From the IMG/VR virus record IMGVR_UViG_2681813556_000004, positions 1-64,000 of that record: 64,000 nt of DNA. The stretch is one strand, 5' to 3'. Below, one piece after another: positions 63,197 through 64,000 of this stretch. Within the stretch, counting starts at the first letter, position 1. The number at the start of each line of letters is the position of its first letter. A model generated the notes under the pieces. The model saw only the letters and a program-made list of their open reading frames with translations. It searched no databases and was not told the DNA's origin. The DNA comes from a virus (lineage: Duplodnaviria > Caudoviricetes). The position numbers were made by a program, and so were the translations under genes.

Positions 63197-63916
63197 TCAG
63201 GTGGAGGCTCGCCCGTAGTTGGCCAGCGCCATGCCCATTTCGCCATTGTTGATGGCCGCGATGGCCTCGCGGAACTGCGTGAAATGGGCACCGGCCCGGT
63301 TCGCCGCGTTCGGCACACCGCTGTCCTTCGAGAAGGCCCGGTACAGGATGAAGTCCACGATTGCGTTGCGATAGATGTCGGGGAAATCGACCGTCTCGGT
63401 GTAGTTCTCGATTGCGAGGTTCGCCGGTGCTGCGGGCGGCGTGACGCTGGGCGGAACCATTCCGACCATGGCCTCGATCTTGCCGGTGCCATCGTTTCCG
63501 GGCACCACATAGAACGAGCGTGGATCCGCCATGTCGTGGATCACGTTCTCTACCGCGACGGCGAAGGGCAGCGTGGCGGCGGCTTGCCAGCCGGGAATCT
63601 GGGCGTCGATGATTTCGCGGCGCGCAAGGGTCCGAATGGCTTTTCCGCCTGTCGGCCCGCCAACGTCATCGTGGCCGAGCACGAGGTTGCGCGTCACGCG
63701 CGACAGGACAGTGTATTCCGCCGGAAGGCTTTGGAGTGTGCCTTCTACCAGTTCCAGCGTGACGGTGCCGGATTTGGCATTGGGTTTCAGGGCCACGATC
63801 TCGCGCATCGCGTCGTTGAGATAGGTGTGCAGTTCAGGCGCCGTCCAATGGACGTTGCCAAAGTCTTGCAGCGTGACAGATGCGCTGTGCATCACATCTT
63901 TGGCTTGGAACGGCAT
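63197..63916 (-). CDS. Head-tail connector/adaptor protein (DUF6682-like)
   Basis: HWTAPELHTYLNDAMREIVALKP; RSFYVVPG; AIVDFILYRAFSKDS. Confidence 0.7.
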   Translation of the reverse strand: MPFQAKDVMHSASVTLQDFGNVHWTAPELHTYLNDAMREIVALKPNAKSGTVTLELVEGTLQSLPAEYTVLSRVTRNLVLGHDDVGGPTGGKAIRTLARREIIDAQIPGWQAAATLPFAVAVENVIHDMADPRSFYVVPGNDGTGKIEAMVGMVPPSVTPPAAPANLAIENYTETVDFPDIYRNAIVDFILYRAFSKDSGVPNAANRAGAHFTQFREAIAAINNGEMGMALANYGRAST

Positions 63917-64000
63917 CTGGGGTCACTCCTTCTGAGCGGTGCCGGTGGGAGGGAGGATCAGCCCTGGCGGGCCGCCTTGATTGCCGTGAGCAGGGTTTCG

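Larger units (their letters stand above)
23501..64000. mobile_element. Temperate podovirus-type prophage (Bcep22-like organisation), left part; continues beyond the window
   Basis: att site, early-type small genes, lysis cassette, giant DarB-like protein, ejection proteins, tail/adaptor genes. Confidence 0.85.

Noticed and set aside
1-64000. CRISPR array, rRNA, IS transposase
   Set aside because: No regularly spaced repeat-spacer array, rRNA-like sequence or transposase motifs detected by eye

Overview
A GC-rich window, probably alphaproteobacterial (inferred from a GTTC-N7-GTTC LexA box and gene style). It holds two mobile elements side by side, joined at a tRNA-Ser 3'-end fragment (23494-23514). 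(1) About 1-23500: an integrative element with a large serine recombinase; its left end lies outside the window. It carries a DUF2924 + recombinase operon, its own ECF-like sigma factor, a Mu Com-like zinc finger, an HTH/Prim-Pol-helicase replication module, a ParB-DNA methylase, two small-terminase-like genes and a resolvase. Its cargo is an Mza-like defence locus (MORC ATPase, Z1, PD-(D/E)XK, AIPR) with a C5 methylase and Vsr. No capsid, portal or large terminase gene is visible, so it looks satellite-like. (2) About 23501-64000: the left part of a temperate podovirus-type prophage resembling Bcep22-like phages. It contains att core and arm sites, small early-type genes, a low-GC accessory zone (HNH, HEPN-like, membrane and secreted proteins, a LexA-controlled SRAP/zinc-ribbon pair), a lysis cassette, a 4883-aa polyvalent DarB-like protein, three further ejection proteins, a GNAT and tail genes. 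The most novel-looking signal is a regulatory circuit in element 1. An identical bipartite motif, TGTCCCAT-N13-TTGGCTTTTCCC, precedes both the replication operon and the recombinase operon. The sigma-factor leader has a tandem repeat, a 3-codon uORF and alternative hairpins over the GUG start, directly downstream of the Com-like gene. Product calls come from motifs read by eye; no database searches were run.
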